Notes: a model not told the origin generated them from the letters alone. A stretch of DNA of 64,000 bases from Flavobacteriales bacterium (GCA_020635695.1 JACJZH010000010.1:4211-68210), one strand, 5' to 3'; shown: positions 27,954 through 37,275, numbered from the stretch's first letter. A program made the numbers and translations.

Positions 27954-29858
27954 TCACAAGCGCCCCTCCTGGATCTCGTCCACCACTTTCGGGTCCAGCA
28001 GGGTGCTGGTGTCGCCCAGCTTGTCCAGTTCGCCCTCGGCCACCTTCCGCAGGATCCGCCGCATGATCTTGCCGCTGCGCGTCTTCGGCAGGCCGCTCAC
28101 GAACTGGATCTTGTCGGGCTTGGCGATGGGGCCGATCGCCTGGCGAACGGCCTCCACGATGTGGCCTCGCATGTCCTCAGGGTCGCCTACGGGCGCCTCG
28201 GTGATCACGTAGGCGTAGATGCCCTGGCCCTTGATGTCGTGCGGGTAGCCCACCACGGCGCTCTCCACCACGCCCTTGGCCTGGTTGATGGCACTCTCGA
28301 TCTCGGCCGTGCCGAAGCGATGGCCGCTCACATTGATCACATCGTCCACCCGGCCGATGATCCGGTAGCGCCCGTCCAGGTCCCGCTTCGCGCCATCCCC
28401 GGTGAAGTACATGCCCTTGAACGCGCTGAAGTAGGTCTGCCGGCAGCGCTCATGATCGCCCCAGGTGGTGCGCAGGATGCTCGGCCAGGGGAACTTCATA
28501 CAGAGCAGGCCTTCCTCGCCATTGCCGGTGATCTCCCCGCCCTCGGCGTTGAGCAGCACGGGCTGCACGCCGGGCAGGGGATGAGCGGCATGGCCGGGTT
28601 TCTCGTCCGTGACACCCGCCAGTGAACTGATCAGGATGCCACCCGTTTCGGTCTGCCACCAGGTGTCCACGACCGGACAGCGGTCCTTCCCGATGTGCGT
28701 CTTGTACCAGTGCCAGGCCTCCTCGTTGATCGGTTCGCCCACGGTGCCCAGGACCTTCAGCGAATGCAGGTCGTAGGAGAGCACATGGTCCAGGCCGCAG
28801 GCCATCAGGCTGCGGATGGCGGTGGGCGCGGTGTAGAACACGTTCACCCGGTGCTTGTCCACCACCTGCCAGAACCTTCCTGGATCGGGAAAGGTGGGCA
28901 CGCCCTCGAACATCACCTGGGTCGCACCTGCGAGCAGGGGACCGTAGGTGATGTAGCTGTGCCCGGTGATCCAGCCCACGTCCGCGGTGCACCAGAACAC
29001 CTGCCCCTCCTCGTACTGGAACACGTTGCGGAAGCTGTAGTCGGTGTACACCATGTAGCCGCCGATGGTGTGGACCACGCCCTTGGGTTTGCCGGTGCTT
29101 CCGCTGGTGTAGAGGATGAAGAGCGGGTCCTCGCTGTCCATCTCCTCCGCCGGGCAGGTGGCATCCACGTGCTCCAGTTCATCGGCCAGCCAGGTGTCGC
29201 GGCCGGGCTGCATGGACACGTCCCAGCCCACCCGTCGTGACACGAGCACATGCTCCACCGTGGTGCACTGCTCCAACGCCTCGTCCACTACCGACTTCAC
29301 GGGCATCTCCTTGGGGCCGCGGAACATGCCATCGCTGCAGAGCACCGCCTTGGCGCCGGCGTCGTTGATGCGGTCCGCCAGGCTCCGGGCGCTGAACCCG
29401 CAGAACACGACGCTGTGGATGGCGCCGATGCGGGCACAGGCCAGCACGCCCACCACGAGGTCGGGGATCATGGGCATGTACACCACCACCCGGTCGCCCT
29501 TGCCGATGCCCTTGGCCTTCAACACGTTCGCGTAGCGGCACACCCGTTCATGCAACTCCGAGTAGGTGATGCGCCGGGCTTGCTCCTTGGGGTCATTCGG
29601 TTCCCAGATCAGGGCGGTCCGGTCCCCATGGGCTTCCACGTGCCGGTCCAGGCAGTTCTCCGTGATGTTCAACCGCCCTCCGATGAACCACTTCACCGAC
29701 GGGGTCTCGAACTCCCACTCCAGCACGCGGTCCCAGCGGCGGCGCCAGGTGAACCGTTCCGCCTGTGCGGCCCAGAAGGCCTCGGGATCCTCGATGCTGG
29801 CGGCGCGTGCGGCCGTGTAGTCCTCAGCGGTACGGACGCGGCTGAAGTCGTTGCTCAT
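27954..29858 (-). CDS. acs: acetyl-CoA synthetase
   Basis: Start reset to ATG 29858 (MSNDFSRVRTAEDY). The AMP-binding motif is YTSGSTGKPKG. WWQTETGG and the C-terminal PKTRSGKIMRR are present. Confidence 0.97.
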   Translation of the reverse strand: MSNDFSRVRTAEDYTAARAASIEDPEAFWAAQAERFTWRRRWDRVLEWEFETPSVKWFIGGRLNITENCLDRHVEAHGDRTALIWEPNDPKEQARRITYSELHERVCRYANVLKAKGIGKGDRVVVYMPMIPDLVVGVLACARIGAIHSVVFCGFSARSLADRINDAGAKAVLCSDGMFRGPKEMPVKSVVDEALEQCTTVEHVLVSRRVGWDVSMQPGRDTWLADELEHVDATCPAEEMDSEDPLFILYTSGSTGKPKGVVHTIGGYMVYTDYSFRNVFQYEEGQVFWCTADVGWITGHSYITYGPLLAGATQVMFEGVPTFPDPGRFWQVVDKHRVNVFYTAPTAIRSLMACGLDHVLSYDLHSLKVLGTVGEPINEEAWHWYKTHIGKDRCPVVDTWWQTETGGILISSLAGVTDEKPGHAAHPLPGVQPVLLNAEGGEITGNGEEGLLCMKFPWPSILRTTWGDHERCRQTYFSAFKGMYFTGDGAKRDLDGRYRIIGRVDDVINVSGHRFGTAEIESAINQAKGVVESAVVGYPHDIKGQGIYAYVITEAPVGDPEDMRGHIVEAVRQAIGPIAKPDKIQFVSGLPKTRSGKIMRRILRKVAEGELDKLGDTSTLLDPKVVDEIQEGRL

Positions 29859-29893
29859 ACCGGCCAAGATAGCAGGCCGGGGAGGGGGCGCGA

Positions 29894-30229
29894 TCAACCC
29901 AGGTCCTCGAAGCGCAGGTCGTCGGAGCTGGATGGACCGCTCTCGGGCTGGCGGCGACCATCATCCTGCACATAGTCCCCGGTGCCACGCAGGCGCTCGA
30001 TCTCGGCCAGGGCGTCCTGGTATCCGTCCAGGAACTTCTCGAAGTCCTCCTTGTACAGGAAGATCTTGTGCTTTTCGTAGGTGGCCGACCCGTCCTCGTG
30101 GGTGTGCTTCTTGCTCTCCGTGATGGTCAGGTACAGGTCCTTCCCGCGGGTGCTTTTCACGTCGAAGAAGTAGGTGCGCTTCCCCGCTCGGACCGCCCGT
30201 GAATACACGTCCTCTCGCTCGTCGGCCAT
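29894..30229 (-). CDS. DUF3276 (bacterial PUR-alpha-like nucleic-acid-binding) family protein
   Basis: Start reset to ATG 30229. The sequence is MADEREDVYSRAVRAGKRTYFFDVKSTRGKDLYLTITESKK...HKIFLYKEDFEKF. Confidence 0.85.
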   Translation of the reverse strand: MADEREDVYSRAVRAGKRTYFFDVKSTRGKDLYLTITESKKHTHEDGSATYEKHKIFLYKEDFEKFLDGYQDALAEIERLRGTGDYVQDDGRRQPESGPSSSDDLRFEDLG

Positions 30230-30255
30230 GGCAACTTCACCAATGGTGGCTCCTT

Positions 30256-30263
30256 CAAAGATA
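30256..30263 (-). promoter_or_regulatory. Bacteroidota promoter (-7 box, with -33 TTG 19 nt upstream) for the DUF3276 gene
   Basis: The minus strand reads TATCTTTG, 27 nt before ATG 30229. A TTG at 30285-30283 gives the consensus 19-nt spacing. Confidence 0.55.
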
Positions 30264-30296
30264 GGAGGCCCCGGCAGGTTGGCAAGTGCGGATCGC

Positions 30297-32183
30297 TCAG
30301 GCGCTCGCCGAACGGGCCTCTTCGAGCAGCTGCTCCTGGTGCAGTTCGGCGTAGACACCGCCTCGCTCCAGCAACTGGTCATGGCGCCCTTCCTCCACCA
30401 CGCGGCCGTGCTCCAGCACCAGGATGTGGTCTGCATGCTGGACCGCCGAGATGCGGTGGCTGATGATCACGGTGGTGCGGTCCTTCAGTTCCTCCCGCAG
30501 CCCGCGCAGGATGGCCTCCTCCGTGGCGGTATCCACGGCGCTCAGCGGGTCGTCGAAGACGAGGATCCGCGGATCGCCGGCAATGGCGCGGGCGATGCTC
30601 ACGCGCTGTTTCTGCCCGCCGCTGAGAGTGATGCCCCGTTCACCCAGGAGGGTGTCGTAGCCCTTGGGGAAGTCCACGATGTTGTGGTGGACCTGCGCCG
30701 TGCGGGCCGCCCGTTCCACGCGTTCCCGGGTCACCTGGTCCGTGTCCAGGCTGAAGGCGATGTTGGCCCGGATGGTGTCGCTGAAGAGGAACACGTCCTG
30801 CGGGACGTAGCCCAGGCTTGCGCGGAGCGTGTGCAGGTCGATCCGGCGGATGGGCACCCCGTCGATGAGCACCTCGCCTTCGGTGGCGTCGAACTGCCGG
30901 GCGATCAGGTCCGCGATGGTGCTCTTGCCGCTGCCGGTGTGCCCGACCACGGCCAGGGTACCGCCTGCCGGTACGTGGAAGGAGACATCCTCCAGGGCCT
31001 GGATGCCGGTGTCGGGATAGCGGAAGCCCACCCGTTGGAAGGTGATGGCCCCGTGGACCACCTTCAACCCGTCGCCTTCGCTCAGCACCTCCGGCGCCGT
31101 TTCCAGGAACTCGTTCAGGCGTTCCATGGACGCACTGGCCTGCTGCACCAGCGAGGTGACCCAGCCCACGGAGGCGAACGGCCAGGTGAGCATGTTCACG
31201 TAGATCACGAACTCGGCGATGTTGCCCACCGACACCGTGGGGTCGCCCTGGATCAGCTTCATGCCCCCGATGAAGATGGTGAGCGTGGTGCTGACACCGA
31301 TCAACAGCATGATGGCCGGCATGAAGAGCGAATCCACCCGGGCCTGGTCCAATCGCCGCTGGCGGAAGTCCTCCGCGGCCTCGCGGAAGTGGGCCTCGGC
31401 GGTCGCCTCCTTGGCGTAGGCCTTCAGCACGCGGATGCCGCTGAAGCTTTCCTGGGCCAGGGTGCTCAACCGGCTCTGTTCCCGCTGCACCGCCATGCTC
31501 CGCCGGTTGATCACGTTGCTCACGTGGTAGATGGCGATGCTCATCAGGGGCAGCGGCGCCAGGGCATACAGGGTGAGTTCCACGTTCACGCTCAGCATGA
31601 AGCTGATGCACAGCACGAACAGCACCACGAGGTTGATGGTGTACATCACCGCCGGTCCCAGGTACATGCGCACCTTGCCCACGTCCTCGCTGATCCGGTT
31701 CAGCAGGTCGCCGGTGCTGTTGCGCTTGTAGAAGGCCCGGTCCAGCTGCTGGTAGTGGGCGTACACCGTGTTCTTCAGGTCGTACTCGATCAGGCGGCTC
31801 ACCACGATGATGGTCTGCCGCATCAGGAACATGAAGAAGCCCTTGAGCAGGGCCAGCACGAGGTAGAGCACGCCCAGCAGCACGGACAGCCAGGCCACGG
31901 TGGCGGCGAGCCCGTCAGGGTCGGTCACCTGTTGAAGCCGGCCCGCGATGTCCATGCCGGTCCACCCCAGCCAGCGGTCCAGGATCGGCGGCACGGCCAG
32001 GGTGCGCTCGCTCAGGGGAACATCACGCAGGGCCACGGCCTCGCCGATCAGGTCGAAGGCGTCGCGCACCACCCGCGGAGCGTACACCGCGAACAGGTTG
32101 CTGAGCACGATGAAGACCGCACCGAGCAGCAGCCGGCCCCGGTACTTGAGGAAGTAGGGGTTCAGGCGGAGGAGCGGTCGCAT
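30297..32183 (-). CDS. ABC transporter, fused permease/ATP-binding protein (MsbA/multidrug-exporter type)
   Basis: 628 aa with six N-terminal TM segments. Walker A GHTGSGKST, signature LSGGQKQR and Walker B ILVFDD are present. Confidence 0.95.
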   Translation of the reverse strand: MRPLLRLNPYFLKYRGRLLLGAVFIVLSNLFAVYAPRVVRDAFDLIGEAVALRDVPLSERTLAVPPILDRWLGWTGMDIAGRLQQVTDPDGLAATVAWLSVLLGVLYLVLALLKGFFMFLMRQTIIVVSRLIEYDLKNTVYAHYQQLDRAFYKRNSTGDLLNRISEDVGKVRMYLGPAVMYTINLVVLFVLCISFMLSVNVELTLYALAPLPLMSIAIYHVSNVINRRSMAVQREQSRLSTLAQESFSGIRVLKAYAKEATAEAHFREAAEDFRQRRLDQARVDSLFMPAIMLLIGVSTTLTIFIGGMKLIQGDPTVSVGNIAEFVIYVNMLTWPFASVGWVTSLVQQASASMERLNEFLETAPEVLSEGDGLKVVHGAITFQRVGFRYPDTGIQALEDVSFHVPAGGTLAVVGHTGSGKSTIADLIARQFDATEGEVLIDGVPIRRIDLHTLRASLGYVPQDVFLFSDTIRANIAFSLDTDQVTRERVERAARTAQVHHNIVDFPKGYDTLLGERGITLSGGQKQRVSIARAIAGDPRILVFDDPLSAVDTATEEAILRGLREELKDRTTVIISHRISAVQHADHILVLEHGRVVEEGRHDQLLERGGVYAELHQEQLLEEARSASA

Positions 32184-32369
32184 GTGCGGGGACCGATCGT
32201 GCTACTTTTGCCCCGCCTTCCGACAGGAGGCCCGACCGGGGCCCCAAAGGTAGGCCGGCCTGCAGCGAGGAATGCCACGTGCCTTGACCGAATGCTTCCG
32301 GGTGATCCACCCGGCTCGCCTGGTGCGGTGCGTGCCTTCCCCGGTGGAGGACCACCAACGACCTGCACC

Positions 32370-33467
32370 ATGGAACTGACAACGACAGAGACCACCGGCA
32401 CCGCAGCTGTGCTGGGACGCATGGAGGAGCATGACCACGAGGAGGTGCTCTTCTGCTTCGACCGCACCACCGGCCTGCGCGCCATCATCGCGGTACACGA
32501 CACCACCCTGGGCCCCGCCCTGGGGGGCACCCGCATGTGGCCCTACGCCTCCGAAGGCGACGCACTGAACGATGTGCTGCGGCTGAGCCGCGGCATGACC
32601 TACAAGAGCGCGCTCGCCGGGCTGGACCTGGGCGGGGGCAAGGCGGTGATCATCGGCGACAGCCGCACCGACAAGACCGAGGCCATGTTCCGCCGTTTCG
32701 GGCGTTTCGTGGACAGCTTGAACGGCCGCTACATCACCGCCGAGGACGTGGGCATGAGCACCGCCGAGATGGTGAACATCCACAAGGAGACGAAGCATGT
32801 GGCCGGTCTGCCCGAGGAGATGGGCGGCAGCGGCGATCCCAGCCCCGTGACCGCCTATGGCGTTTACTGTGGCATGAAGGCGGCCGCGAAGGAGGCCTTC
32901 GGTACCGACAGCCTGAACGGCCGCAAGGTGAGCGTGCAGGGAGCAGGCAACGTGGGCGCCGCGCTGGTCGGCCACCTGGTGAAGGAGGGTGCACAGGTGT
33001 TCCTCACCGACATCCACGAGGATCGGCTGGCCGCGATCGCCGCGCTTCATCCGGTCACCATCGTGGGGCCGGACGAGGTGTACGACCTGGACGTGGACAT
33101 CTATTCCCCCTGCGCCCTAGGTGCCACGGTGAACGACGACACCCTGGCCCGCCTCAAGTGCGCGGTGATCGCCGGCGCGGCGAACAACCAGCTGGCGGAG
33201 GAAGAGGTACATGGAAGGGTCGTGCTGGAGAAAGGCATCCTGTACGCCCCTGATTTTCTCGTGAATGCCGGCGGCATCATCAATTGTGCCTGGGAACGCA
33301 AGGGCTATGTGCGTGAAGCGGCGCTGAAGCAGACCGAGGGGATCTACGACACCGCCCTGCGGATCTTCCGTCGCAGCAAGGAGGAAGGCGTGCCCACCTA
33401 CCTGGCCGCCAGCCGCGAGGCCGAACAACGCGTGCGCAGCATGCGTCAGGCAGGCATCCGTTTCTGA
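32370..33467 (+). CDS. leucine (Glu/Leu/Phe/Val family) dehydrogenase
   Basis: This is the 3' third of the spurious 1097-aa track ORF. It starts at ATG 32370. GPALGGTRMWPY, the catalytic-Lys context GGGKAVI, and the NAD fold VQGAGNVG are present. Confidence 0.93.
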   Translation: MELTTTETTGTAAVLGRMEEHDHEEVLFCFDRTTGLRAIIAVHDTTLGPALGGTRMWPYASEGDALNDVLRLSRGMTYKSALAGLDLGGGKAVIIGDSRTDKTEAMFRRFGRFVDSLNGRYITAEDVGMSTAEMVNIHKETKHVAGLPEEMGGSGDPSPVTAYGVYCGMKAAAKEAFGTDSLNGRKVSVQGAGNVGAALVGHLVKEGAQVFLTDIHEDRLAAIAALHPVTIVGPDEVYDLDVDIYSPCALGATVNDDTLARLKCAVIAGAANNQLAEEEVHGRVVLEKGILYAPDFLVNAGGIINCAWERKGYVREAALKQTEGIYDTALRIFRRSKEEGVPTYLAASREAEQRVRSMRQAGIRF

Positions 33468-33469
33468 TC

Positions 33470-34411
33470 ATGCTGAACCGCCGCTACCTCCGGATCAAGG
33501 TCTACCAGGCGCTCTACGCGTACTGGCAGGGCGACGGTTCCAACGCCGCCCGCATCGAACAGGAACTGCACCTGAGCATCCAGCGCACCTTCGACCTGTA
33601 CCTGGCCCTGCTGCTGGTGTTCGGCGAGGTGCACCGGGCGGCCGAACGGCGCATCGAGGAGCGACGGAACAAGCGACTGCCCACCGCCGAGGACCTCTCA
33701 CCCAACCTGCGCTTCGTGCAGAACCCGGTGCTGCAGGCCCTGATGGACGAACGGCTGGACACCGCATCCGAGAAACGCAAGGTGAACTGGGTGGGGGAGC
33801 AGGAGCTCGTCACCAAGATCCTGCGCCAGTTCGAGGCCAGCGAGGAATTCCAGCGCTACATGGCCCTCCCCGAGCCCACCTTCAAGGACCATCAGGAGGT
33901 GGTCCTGCACCTGTTCGTGGAGCACATCGCCAACTTCGACCAGTTGCAGGAGTTCTTCGAGGCGCGCAGCATCCATTGGCTGGAGGACCTGGACCTGGCC
34001 TGCTCCATGGTGAAGCGCACGATCGAGGGGGTGCGAGAAGGCGGCAAGGCCTCCCTGACCGACCTGTTCCGCGGTCCGGATGAGGAGCGGGAGTTCGTCT
34101 CCACGCTCTACCGGCGCACGATCGACCAGGGGGCTGAGCATGAGCAGGCCATCGCCGAGAAGGCCAGCAACTGGGAGAGCGACCGCATCGCCCTCAGCGA
34201 CATGATCCTGATGAAGATGGCCCTCACCGAGGCACGGGTGTTCTCCGAGGTGCCGGTGAAGGTGACCCTGAACGAGTACATCGAGATCGCCAAGGCCTAC
34301 AGCACGCCCAAGAGCCGCTCGTTCATCAACGGCATCCTGGACAAGCTTTTCGCCGAGATGAAGGAGGACGGACGCATCCGCAAGGTGGGCCGCGGCCTGC
34401 TCGAGAACTGA
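33470..34411 (+). CDS. nusB: transcription antitermination factor NusB (long Bacteroidota form)
   Basis: 313 aa. N-terminus MLNRRYLRIKVYQALYA. The C-terminal NusB core is DRIALSDMILMKMALTE...VTLNEYIEIAKAYSTPKSRSFINGILDK. Confidence 0.9.
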   Translation: MLNRRYLRIKVYQALYAYWQGDGSNAARIEQELHLSIQRTFDLYLALLLVFGEVHRAAERRIEERRNKRLPTAEDLSPNLRFVQNPVLQALMDERLDTASEKRKVNWVGEQELVTKILRQFEASEEFQRYMALPEPTFKDHQEVVLHLFVEHIANFDQLQEFFEARSIHWLEDLDLACSMVKRTIEGVREGGKASLTDLFRGPDEEREFVSTLYRRTIDQGAEHEQAIAEKASNWESDRIALSDMILMKMALTEARVFSEVPVKVTLNEYIEIAKAYSTPKSRSFINGILDKLFAEMKEDGRIRKVGRGLLEN

Positions 34412-34417
34412 AGCACG

Positions 34418-34912
34418 ATGCGAGCGCCTCATTTCCACATTCTCACATTCGTCATTTCCACATTTCTGGCCTCCTGCATGGTCACCGACCATAGTGAGCG
34501 GGACCCGGAGGCCATCACCCCGGACGTGATCCAGGTGCCCGCTTCGGGCTACGCCGCGACCGATACGGCTGAAATGCCCCGCTTCGCCTTCGCCGAACGG
34601 AAGGTGGACATGGGGCGCATCTCCCAAGGCACGCAATTCACCCATGTGTTCCGCTTCACCAACGACGGTCCCAGGCCGCTGGTGATCACCGACGTGCGCG
34701 GTTCCTGCGGCTGCACCGTGGGGCGCGACTGGCCACGCGATCCGGTGCCGCCGGGCGGGGAGGGCGCCATCACCGTCACCTTCGACAGCGAGGGCCGCAG
34801 CGGCCACCAGGAGAAGAGCGTCAGCGTGGTGGCCAACACCCATCCGCCCACCACCATCCTCTACCTGGAAGGGGAGGTGCTGGCACCTGCCGGTGCGTTG
34901 CCGGTGGAATGA
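34418..34912 (+). CDS. DUF1573 family lipoprotein
   Basis: 164 aa with lipoprotein signal HILTFVISTFLASC. The DUF1573 core is FRFTNDGPRPLVITDVRGSCGCTV. The alternative start ATG 34478 would remove the signal peptide. Confidence 0.85.
   Translation: MRAPHFHILTFVISTFLASCMVTDHSERDPEAITPDVIQVPASGYAATDTAEMPRFAFAERKVDMGRISQGTQFTHVFRFTNDGPRPLVITDVRGSCGCTVGRDWPRDPVPPGGEGAITVTFDSEGRSGHQEKSVSVVANTHPPTTILYLEGEVLAPAGALPVE
34430..34465 (+). repeat. two copies of the 11-mer CATTTCCACAT (the same motif as in the dapB-lepB spacer)
   Basis: The copies lie at 34430-34440 and 34453-34463 (second followed by TT), with CACAT also at 34444-34448. The motif sits within the first 16 codons of the DUF1573 ORF. Confidence 0.7.
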
Positions 34913-34930
34913 AGCTTCTACCTTTCGCCC

Positions 34931-35260
34931 ATGTTCGCACTCACCTTTCCCCTGCAGGCCCAACAGCAGAACCCCGCCAGCTTCTGGATCATGATGGGCC
35001 TCCTCATGGTGGTCTTCTACTTCTTCATGATCCGCCCGCAGCAGAAGAAGGCCAAGGACGCCCGCAAGTTCCGCGAGTCGCTGCAGAAGGGCAGCAAGGT
35101 GATCACCATCGGCGGCATCCATGGCAAGGTGGTGGAACTGGCCGAGAAGACCGTCCTGCTTGAGGTGGACAGCGGCACCAAGCTCCGCATCGAGCGCAGC
35201 GCCATCAGCATGGACAGCTCCACGCAGCTGACCGAGGAGACGGCCAAGGCGGCCAAGTGA
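34931..35260 (+). CDS. yajC: preprotein translocase subunit YajC
   Basis: 109 aa. One TM helix, then FMIRPQQKKAKDARKFRESLQKGSKVITIGGIHGKV. Confidence 0.93.
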   Translation: MFALTFPLQAQQQNPASFWIMMGLLMVVFYFFMIRPQQKKAKDARKFRESLQKGSKVITIGGIHGKVVELAEKTVLLEVDSGTKLRIERSAISMDSSTQLTEETAKAAK

Positions 35261-35264
35261 TCCC

Positions 35265-35852
35265 ATGCGGCGCGTCGGCATCACCGGCGGTATCGGGTCG
35301 GGCAAGAGCACCGTCTGTCGCATCCTGGGCGTACTTGGCGTTCCCGTGTTCGAGGCCGATGCCGAAGGACGCAGGCTCCTCTCCGACGATCCGGATGTGA
35401 TCGCTGCCGTGCGCGAGCACTTCGGCCCCGATCTCATCGGTCAACAGGGCGTCGATCGGAAGGCCCTGGCGGAGATCGTGTTCAAGGATGCCGCCGCGCT
35501 TCAGGAACTCAATGCCATCGTGCATCCCGCGGTGCGAAAGGCCTTCGCCCGATGGGCCGGGGCGCAGGAAGCCCCCTACGTGGTGCTGGAGGCCGCGGTC
35601 CTGGCGGAAAGCGGCGGGCGGTCCCAGGTGGACGAACTGTGGGTGGTGAGCGCCCCGGAGGACCTGCGCGTACAACGCGTCATGGCGCGCGACGGGGTGG
35701 ACGAAGAGGCGGTGCGGGCACGCATGGCCAATCAGCTCCCGGACGCGGAGCGCGAGGCCCTGGCCGATGCCGTGCTGGTGAACGACGAGCGCCAGCTGCT
35801 CATACCGCAGGTATTGGCCCTGCACGAACGGATGATCCGCAGCTCCGAATGA
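35265..35852 (+). CDS. coaE: dephospho-CoA kinase
   Basis: 195 aa. P-loop GITGGIGSGKST, then VFEADAEGRRLL. Confidence 0.95.
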   Translation: MRRVGITGGIGSGKSTVCRILGVLGVPVFEADAEGRRLLSDDPDVIAAVREHFGPDLIGQQGVDRKALAEIVFKDAAALQELNAIVHPAVRKAFARWAGAQEAPYVVLEAAVLAESGGRSQVDELWVVSAPEDLRVQRVMARDGVDEEAVRARMANQLPDAEREALADAVLVNDERQLLIPQVLALHERMIRSSE

Positions 35853-36109
35853 GCGCTGGCCGGCGTCCCTTCAGGATCACTTCGCTGGTCATGGGACTGT
35901 TGTCCGTGCCGCTGGCCTTCGCACGCCACCTGGTCTCGCTGGCCTTGGTGCTCGCGGTGCTGTCGTTGCTGCTGAACGGGACCGGCGCCCTGCTCCGGCG
36001 GGGGAGCGGATCCCGGACAACGCGTCTGGCGGGCTGGAGCGCCGTGCTCGGCCTGGTCTCCTCGCTCGTGATGTGGGGCCTGTGGGCCTCGGGGGTGCTG
36101 CTGCGCTGA
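35849..36109 (+). CDS. small membrane protein (86 aa)
   Basis: This is the tail of track ORF 35552..36109. The ATG at 35849 overlaps the coaE stop (ATGA). There are two or three hydrophobic helices (LVMGLLSVPLAF, LALVLAVLSLLL, AVLGLVSSLVMWGLW). Confidence 0.6.
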   Translation: MSAGRRPFRITSLVMGLLSVPLAFARHLVSLALVLAVLSLLLNGTGALLRRGSGSRTTRLAGWSAVLGLVSSLVMWGLWASGVLLR

Positions 36110-36112
36110 GCC

Positions 36113-36667
36113 TCAGGCGCGGGCCTGCCAGGGCCAGAGGCGGGTGCGCTCCAGGAGCCGTTCCTCTCCGAACTCGCCCATCAGCCGCTGGTGCAGGGCC
36201 AGGGTGGCGCGCGCATCGTTCAGGGCCCGGTGCCTTCCGTGGAAGGGGATGCCGAAGTAGCGGCAAAGGCTGCCCAGGTTGTAGTGGGAGAGGTGCGGTA
36301 CCAGTTCACGGCTCAACTGCTCGGTGCAGAGCGTCTCCCGGTGGAAGACCAGACCCGTGCGGGCGAACTCGTGTTCCAGCGCGGTCATGTCGTAGCGCAC
36401 GTTGTGCGCCACCACGATGTGGTCCTTCGTGGACCGTTGAAGACCGGCAACGACCTCCGAGAACCGCGGAGCGTCCGCCACATCGGACGGGCCGATGCCG
36501 GTGAGCCTACGGATGAAGCCCGGGATCGGCGTCGATGGCCGCACCAGGCTGCTCCAAGCATGGGTGTCGCGCATGCCATCGTGACACAGGACGCCCACCT
36601 CGATGATGGACCCCTGGCGTGGATCGCCGTGGGTGGTCTCGACATCGATGACGGCGTACTGGGGCAT
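36113..36667 (-). CDS. DEDDh 3'-5' exonuclease (DnaQ/epsilon-like)
   Basis: Start reset to ATG 36667. Exo motifs are AVIDVETT, VAHNVRYD and HRALNDA. Confidence 0.9.
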   Translation of the reverse strand: MPQYAVIDVETTHGDPRQGSIIEVGVLCHDGMRDTHAWSSLVRPSTPIPGFIRRLTGIGPSDVADAPRFSEVVAGLQRSTKDHIVVAHNVRYDMTALEHEFARTGLVFHRETLCTEQLSRELVPHLSHYNLGSLCRYFGIPFHGRHRALNDARATLALHQRLMGEFGEERLLERTRLWPWQARA

Positions 36668-36723
36668 GCGGGAGCCTTCTACGGCAACGGGGAGGGAAGG
36701 TTGGGGCGGCCTATCTTGCCGCG

Positions 36724-37275
36724 GTGTTCCGAGCATTGGCCGGGTTCATCTACTTCAAGCTGCTCGGGTGGCGCGTCGAGGACCACCGCCCGCCCGGCCT
36801 GAAGCAGTACATGGTGGTGGTGGCCCCGCACACCAGCAACTGGGACTTCCCCATCGGCGTCCTCGTACGCAGCATCTGCCGGATGAACGACGTGCGCTAC
36901 CTGGCCAAGAAGTCCCTGTTCAAGCCTCCGTTCGGCTGGCTGTTCCGGCTGCTCGGAGGGTATCCGGTGGACCGTTCAGGACCACACCACCTGGTGGACC
37001 AGGTCACGGACTACTTCCGGACCATCCCCGACTTCAAGCTGGCCATCACCCCGGAGGGGACACGCAAGCGCGTGGACAAGTGGAAGACCGGTTTCCATCG
37101 GATCGCCCGGCAGGCGAACGTACCCGTGATCCTGGCGGCCATGGACTACGGCAACAAAGTGGTGAGCTTCACCGATGTGTTCCCGCTCACGGACGACCTG
37201 GAGGCGGACATCGAACGGATGAAACAGCACTACCGCCCGATCCGCGGGAAGAACCCCGACCAGGGGGTGTTCTGA
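36724..37275 (+). CDS. 1-acyl-sn-glycerol-3-phosphate acyltransferase family protein
   Basis: 183 aa with a GTG start. Acyltransferase motifs are HX4D (PHTSNWD) and ITPEGTR. Confidence 0.85.
   Translation: MFRALAGFIYFKLLGWRVEDHRPPGLKQYMVVVAPHTSNWDFPIGVLVRSICRMNDVRYLAKKSLFKPPFGWLFRLLGGYPVDRSGPHHLVDQVTDYFRTIPDFKLAITPEGTRKRVDKWKTGFHRIARQANVPVILAAMDYGNKVVSFTDVFPLTDDLEADIERMKQHYRPIRGKNPDQGVF

Noticed and set aside
30174-32369. The 5' two-thirds of the 1097-aa plus-strand ORF 30174..33467.
   Set aside because: It is antisense to a clear ABC transporter. Only the last 365 aa (from ATG 32370) look like a real protein, leucine dehydrogenase. About 25 other track ORFs carry the same kind of spurious 5' extension, for example 5440..5796, 26328..27032, 45938..45979 and 57782..59320.
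33698-35437. A 579-aa minus-strand ORF spanning nusB, DUF1573, yajC and coaE. Similar long antisense ORFs occur at 46529..48781 (750 aa), 41335..42927, 36976..38511, 16315..18276, 20907..23690 and 2584..4500.
   Set aside because: The translations are Arg/Ala/Gly/His/Pro-rich low-complexity strings with no recognisable motifs. The opposite strand encodes well-known conserved proteins. Stop-free antisense frames are expected in very GC-rich coding DNA.
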